A DNA stretch of 64,000 nucleotides from NCBI GenBank assembly GCA_963732385.1, contig CAVSZB010000007.1:1088001-1152000 (forward strand), written 5' to 3'. This document shows, one piece after another, positions 59,199-64,000 of the stretch; position 1 is the first letter of the stretch, and the number at the start of each line of letters is the position of its first letter. This stretch comes from an uncultured bacterium (GTDB lineage Bacteria; Krumholzibacteriota; Krumholzibacteriia; LZORAL124-64-63). The position numbers were made by a program, and so were the translations under genes. Below the pieces are notes generated by a model. The model saw only the letters and a program-made list of their open reading frames with translations. It was not told where the DNA came from and searched no databases.

Positions 59199-60542
59199 TC
59201 AGTCCCCGGCTCCGCGCAGCGCCGGCAGCCTGAGCTCGGCGGCGGCTCCGCGGCGATCGCCCCGGTCGCGCAGGGTGATCGTGCCGCCGTGGGCCTCGGC
59301 CACCTGGCGCGTGATCGCCAGGCCAAGGCCGCTGCCCTTCTCCTTCGTGGTGTGGAACGGTTCGAAAAGCGCCGCCGCCGCGACCCCGTCCAGCCCGTGC
59401 CCCTCGTCCAGGATCGTGAGCGACAGCGCCTCGCCGTCACTGGCCAGGCGCAGGGTTGCCAGTCCGCCCGCCGGCATGGCGTCACGCGCGTTGAGCAGCA
59501 GATTCAGCAGCGCCTGCTGGAGCCTGTGCTGGTCGCCCCACGCCGGAGGCAGGTCGGGCGCCAATTCGAAAGCCAGGCTCACCCCGGTCCGCGCCAGTTC
59601 CGTCTCCACCAGACGCGCCGTGCGACGCGCCAGCTGTGCCAGATCGACCGCCTCGGGCGCGACCTCGGACCCTTTGCCGAACGTCAGGTAGCCGGACAGG
59701 ATGCGGTCGAGCCGGTCCACCTCGCCCGGGATCAGCGCGGCCAGTTCGTCGACGATCCCGGCCTCCCGCAGGCGCGCCTCGAGGTGTTGCGCCGCGCCGC
59801 CGATGATGCCGAGCGGATTGCGGATCTCGTGCGCGATCGCCGCCGTCATGCGACCCATGGCGGCGAGTTCCTCGGCGCGCCACGCCGCGGCGCGCGCGCG
59901 GGCCATCCCGGCCTGCAGGCGCCACAACTGCACCCCCATCGCGGCCAGGAAGAGCATCACCATGGCCTCGGTGACCAGCGCGCCGCGGCGCAGCGCCGCC
60001 AGCGCGCCGAAGAAGTCGGCGTCCCCTTCCACGGTGAGGATGCCGGCGATCCCGCCCATCGCGTCGCGCACCGGCGCGTGCGCGCTCTTCTGGTAGACGC
60101 CCGCCGTGCGGTACAGGCGCGACGCCGCCGGGAAACCCTCCCGGGCCACCCGCACCGCCGCGCGGTCGAGATCCCAGAACACGTTGGCTTCACCCCTGGC
60201 GAGCCGCTCCGCCGCGGAGATCAGCACCGTGCCGTCGGGCGAGCAGAGCGCGATTTCGGCCAGATCGTTGTCGCGGCGCAGCTGCGCCAGACGCGAACGC
60301 AGCCAGATCTCCTCGAGCGACTCCTCGGGACCGGACGCCCAGATGCGCAGCGAATCACCATCGACGAGGAACGCCGCGGTGGCGGCGACGGCGGTGAGAC
60401 GATCGCCGAGGGCGTCGTCGAGCCGCGCCCGCGCGGCGCGGTGCAACCAGGCGAGCCCGGCGGCCACGGCGACGAGAATCGCCAGATACGCGGCCAGACC
60501 GCCCAGCAGCCAGCGGGCGCGTCCGGGCGCGGCGCGAATCAC
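59199..60542 (-). CDS. Membrane sensor histidine kinase
   Basis: Two TM segments flanking a periplasmic domain. IAHEIRNPL, NLLLNARDA, DEGHG and GSGLGL motifs. GTG start overlaps the lipA stop. Confidence 0.92.
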   Translation of the reverse strand: MIRAAPGRARWLLGGLAAYLAILVAVAAGLAWLHRAARARLDDALGDRLTAVAATAAFLVDGDSLRIWASGPEESLEEIWLRSRLAQLRRDNDLAEIALCSPDGTVLISAAERLARGEANVFWDLDRAAVRVAREGFPAASRLYRTAGVYQKSAHAPVRDAMGGIAGILTVEGDADFFGALAALRRGALVTEAMVMLFLAAMGVQLWRLQAGMARARAAAWRAEELAAMGRMTAAIAHEIRNPLGIIGGAAQHLEARLREAGIVDELAALIPGEVDRLDRILSGYLTFGKGSEVAPEAVDLAQLARRTARLVETELARTGVSLAFELAPDLPPAWGDQHRLQQALLNLLLNARDAMPAGGLATLRLASDGEALSLTILDEGHGLDGVAAAALFEPFHTTKEKGSGLGLAITRQVAEAHGGTITLRDRGDRRGAAAELRLPALRGAGD

Positions 60543-61513
60543 GCGCGACCCGCCGCGTCGAGACCGTCCGCCTGCTCCCGCGCGTGGTAGCTCGAACGCA
60601 CGAGCGGCCCCGCCTCGACCCACGGCAACCCGAGCGCGCGCCCGGCGCGGGCGAGCTCGTGGAATTCGTCCGGCTCCCAGTAGCGCACGACCGGGTGGTG
60701 CGCCGGGGTCGGCTGGAGGTACTGGCCGATCGTGAGGATGTCGACCCCCTGGTCGACGCAGTCGGCCATCAGCGACTCGACCTCCGCGCGGGTCTCGCCG
60801 AGCCCGAGCATGATGCCGGTCTTCACGCGCGGCGGCGCGAGCGCGCCGGGCCACTGCCGCGCGCGGCGCAGCACCAGCAGCGAGCGGCGGTAGTCGGCCT
60901 GCGGCCGCACGGCGGCATAGAGGCGCGGCACCGTCTCGAGATTGTGGCCCAGGATATCGGGAGCGGCGGCGAGCACCGTCTCGAGCGCGGGCGGATCCCC
61001 CAGGAAATCGGGAATCAGCACCTCCACGCCGCAGCCCGGCACCAGCCGGCGAATCTCCCGGATGACCGCCGCGAACTGCGCGGCGCCGCCGTCGGGCAGA
61101 TCATCGCGAGTGACGGAGGTCACCACGACGAAACGGAGTTTCAGTTCGGCCACCGCTGCGGCCAGACGGCGCGGTTCGTCGGGATCGACCGGCTGCGAAC
61201 GCCCGCCCTCCACGTTGCAGAAGACGCAACTGCGCGTGCAGACGCGGCCGAGGATCATGAAAGTGACCGTGCGGTTATTGAAGCACTCGCCCCGGTTGGG
61301 GCAGGCGCCGCTTTCGCAGATCGTGTGCAGACGCGACCGCCGCAGCAGCCGCTTCACGTCGTGGTAGTCTTCGCCGCCGGCGCGCCGCACCCTGAGCCAG
61401 TCCGGCTTGTGCCCCGGCGGCTGCGGACGTCGATTTGGCGGCGCCAGGCACGCCTCGTCCGTTGCCGACCGGTCCGGCGCCATCCCTCCGGCCGCCTGGC
61501 ATTCATCCGTCAT
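60539..61513 (-). CDS. lipA: Lipoyl synthase
   Basis: KPDWL, CESGACPNRGEC (CX4CX5C), CTRSCVFC and VRSSYHA motifs. Confidence 0.95.
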   Translation of the reverse strand: MTDECQAAGGMAPDRSATDEACLAPPNRRPQPPGHKPDWLRVRRAGGEDYHDVKRLLRRSRLHTICESGACPNRGECFNNRTVTFMILGRVCTRSCVFCNVEGGRSQPVDPDEPRRLAAAVAELKLRFVVVTSVTRDDLPDGGAAQFAAVIREIRRLVPGCGVEVLIPDFLGDPPALETVLAAAPDILGHNLETVPRLYAAVRPQADYRRSLLVLRRARQWPGALAPPRVKTGIMLGLGETRAEVESLMADCVDQGVDILTIGQYLQPTPAHHPVVRYWEPDEFHELARAGRALGLPWVEAGPLVRSSYHAREQADGLDAAGRA

Positions 61514-61543
61514 GGGTGACTCCACAGGGGGCCCGGCGCGCGC

Positions 61544-62395
61544 TCACCGTTCCGCGAGCGTGAACGGCCCGACCGCCTCGAAACGGCCGTCCTTGAACCT
61601 CACTCCGCACGCCTCCACGACCGGATCGTGCTCGAAGACGAGAGTGTACCCATCTTCGGCGGCGCGGCTGAGGAATTCTTTCTTCTCGTTGAGCGTCAGC
61701 AGAGGGTTGAGATCGTAGCCCATGATCCACGGCACCTGCAGGTGACTGGCGAACGGCAGCAGATCGCCGCAGAAGACGACCGCCCCCTCCTCCGTGTGGA
61801 ACTCCACCAGCTGCTGCCACGGCGTGTGACCGCTCACCGGCATGACGCGCACGCCCGGAATGATCTCGCCCGGACCCTCGACGAACTGCAGCAGCCCCAG
61901 CTCCTGCAGGGGGCGGAAATCGTCGGGACGGAAGCTGGCGCGGTCGCGCTCGCTCGGACGGTGGGCCCACTCCCAGTGCCGCTTCTGCACCCAGTGGCGC
62001 GCCTTCGGGAACGTCGGCAGCGGACCGTCGGGCAGGTGGCGCACCGCGCCGCCGCAGTGGTCGAAGTGGAGATGCGTGAGCACGACATCGGTGACCGACT
62101 CCGGAGCCACGCCCGCCTCGGCCAGCTCGGCCAGCAGTTGAGCCGGCCGGCGTTCGAAGAGGAAGATGCCGCGCTGCTTCTCCTCCCAGTGGTCGCCCGC
62201 GCCGGTATCGACCAGGATCCGCCGCTCGCCGTTCTCGGCGAGCAGGCAGCGCAGGCTCAGCACGATGCGGTTGAGCGCGTCCGGCGGATGGTGCTTCTCC
62301 CACATGACGCGCGGCACGACGCCGAACATCGCGCCACCGTCGAGTCTGAAGGTGCCGTCGGTGAAAGCCCGGAACGTCCAATCGCCCCGCTTCAT
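61544..62395 (-). CDS. MBL-fold metallo-hydrolase (YtnP-like)
   Basis: LDGGAMFGVVP, THLHFDHCGG, GHT and FEHDP motifs. Confidence 0.9.
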   Translation of the reverse strand: MKRGDWTFRAFTDGTFRLDGGAMFGVVPRVMWEKHHPPDALNRIVLSLRCLLAENGERRILVDTGAGDHWEEKQRGIFLFERRPAQLLAELAEAGVAPESVTDVVLTHLHFDHCGGAVRHLPDGPLPTFPKARHWVQKRHWEWAHRPSERDRASFRPDDFRPLQELGLLQFVEGPGEIIPGVRVMPVSGHTPWQQLVEFHTEEGAVVFCGDLLPFASHLQVPWIMGYDLNPLLTLNEKKEFLSRAAEDGYTLVFEHDPVVEACGVRFKDGRFEAVGPFTLAER

Positions 62396-62408
62396 GGCGC
62401 CTCCCGCT

Positions 62409-64000
62409 TCAGGGCGTAACCGGCGCGTCCGGCAGCGGCTTCACCAGGAGCCGCCCGTCGTCGCCCGCCACGATCCGGCGATACCACTCGTCCGGATAGC
62501 GCGGATGCTGCGCCACGCCAAATTCGTCTTTCACGTTCCCGTCCATGTACTTCCAGAGCAGCGACTCGCCGAGCCGACGCCAGCGCGTCGTGACCAGATC
62601 GCCCTGCTCCACGCAGTAGCGCGTCAGGAAGTCGCGCGCCTCCTGCGGCGAGCGCTGGTGCAGCTCGAGCGCCTGCTGCTCGATTTCGGGCTGCCGGGCG
62701 AGGAACTGCCCCTCGAGTTCGCGCTGGACGAGCTGCACGTCCTTGATCATGTCGCTCCAGCGCGTGTAGGTCCAATTGGAGACAAAATTGAAGACGTAGA
62801 ATGCCGAGTCCCAGGTGAAGTGCTGCCAGTCGCCAGTACCAACCGCGAAGCTGTTCGGCACGGCGCGGATGCCGCAGTACATCGGCGTGTAGACGGTGCA
62901 GTAGGTATCGTCGAGGCCGAACCAGAGCACGCCGCCGATCGGATCGGGCAGCGCCCGCCGCATCTGCGCCACGAAGGAGAAGCCGGTCTGCTGCGTGGAG
63001 ACGGCACGCTCGTGCAGGTACTCCTGGTCATCGATCTTCCAGCTCATCGGCCGCCAGCGGTACGGCAGGGCGAACGGGCCCGCCCCCACGCCGCCGCTCA
63101 TCTCCATCGGCGTGCCCTCGAAATGGTCGCGCATCATCTGCATGACGTCGCGCACGCCGAGTTTGCGGTCGGGCCGGATCCACAGCGGCAGTTGCGGCGC
63201 GGTGACATCGCCCATCACGTAGTCGGACGGCAGGTTCAGCGACGGCGCGATCCGTGTGAAGCCGCACCAGACCCGCGCCTCGCACGCGCGCAGCGCCCCG
63301 AAATCGAGCGGCGCGTAACTGTCGGCGAAGCTGAATTCCTCGTCCCTGCCCGCGAACCACCCCTGCTCGCGGGCGAACGCGATGACATCGGGAGAGTAGA
63401 GACAGTTCTCCGGATCCTTGAGCGGGAAACGCCGGATGCGCGCCTGGTTGGCGTGACCCGACACATAGCCGTCGGGCACCCGCACGGCGACCCATACCGC
63501 CCCCTTGCTGCCGGGACCCCGCCCGACCATCTCCAGGATCCACGCTTCGTCGGGGTCGGCCACGGAGAACGATTCGCCGCTGCTGTGGTAGCCGTAGCGC
63601 GCCGTGAGCCCGGTCATCACGCCGATCGCCTCGCGCGCCGTGCGCGCGCGCTGCAGGGCGAGATACATGAGGCTGCCGTAGTCCACGACGCCGGTCGAAT
63701 CGCGCAGCCCCTCGCGCCCCCCGAAGGTGGTCTCGCCGATGGCGACCTGGTGCTCGTTGAGGTTGCCCACGACCGTGAACGTCTCGGCCACCTGCGCGAT
63801 CTCGCCCAGGTACCTGCCGGTGTCCCACTCGTGCACCGGCAGGGGCGCCCCTGCCTGGTGTCGACCGGCGGTCCAATGGTAGAGTTCGCCGTAGAGACTG
63901 TGCGAGTCCGCGCTGTAGGTGATGAAGGTAGAGCCGTCGGCAGAGGCACCTCTGGTCACCAGGAAGTTGGTGCAGGCGGCGGCGGGAACGGCGACCGCGA
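62409..64000 (-). CDS. C69 family dipeptidase (5' end outside the window)
   Basis: ...AAACTNFLVTRGASADGS (N-terminal Cys nucleophile), NEHQVAIGETTFGGR, GESFS and PYRWRP motifs. Confidence 0.88.
   Translation of the reverse strand, partial: AVAVPAAACTNFLVTRGASADGSTFITYSADSHSLYGELYHWTAGRHQAGAPLPVHEWDTGRYLGEIAQVAETFTVVGNLNEHQVAIGETTFGGREGLRDSTGVVDYGSLMYLALQRARTAREAIGVMTGLTARYGYHSSGESFSVADPDEAWILEMVGRGPGSKGAVWVAVRVPDGYVSGHANQARIRRFPLKDPENCLYSPDVIAFAREQGWFAGRDEEFSFADSYAPLDFGALRACEARVWCGFTRIAPSLNLPSDYVMGDVTAPQLPLWIRPDRKLGVRDVMQMMRDHFEGTPMEMSGGVGAGPFALPYRWRPMSWKIDDQEYLHERAVSTQQTGFSFVAQMRRALPDPIGGVLWFGLDDTYCTVYTPMYCGIRAVPNSFAVGTGDWQHFTWDSAFYVFNFVSNWTYTRWSDMIKDVQLVQRELEGQFLARQPEIEQQALELHQRSPQEARDFLTRYCVEQGDLVTTRWRRLGESLLWKYMDGNVKDEFGVAQHPRYPDEWYRRIVAGDDGRLLVKPLPDAPVTP

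Overview
A gene-dense window from a GC-rich bacterial chromosome, with about 50 supportable CDSs. I found no rRNA, tRNA, CRISPR array, integrase or transposase. Three secreted proteins end in a 'PNPFNP' FlgD-Ig-type sorting domain, which suggests an FCB-group lineage such as Latescibacterota, Krumholzibacteriota or Eisenbacteria (inference only). Housekeeping blocks: adenosine deaminase (partial, missing from the ORF track), nadE, rrf2, pta-ackA, proS-pdxS-pdxT followed by a co-oriented operon, a biotin ligase with a Na+-pumping decarboxylase (oadGAB), lipA, an MBL hydrolase and a C69 peptidase. Accessory blocks: an ion/osmotic transport cluster (ClC, APC-USP, three MscS-related genes, a CPA2-EIIA fusion), a GNAT-HDAC fusion, and a more AT-rich island (S8 protease, BNR propeller, glycosyltransferase, gene relics). 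The best candidates for an undescribed system are: (i) a BlaI repressor with its operator and an M56 peptidase fused through 15 pentapeptide repeats to two ExbD/TolR-like domains, with an internal RBS and signal peptide; (ii) a sigma54 two-component module with a perfect -24/-12 promoter upstream of an unknown helical-repeat protein and a beta-barrel-like protein; (iii) two tandem paralogous unknown secreted proteins translationally coupled to pdxST. Family assignments come from recognising motifs by eye, not from database searches.
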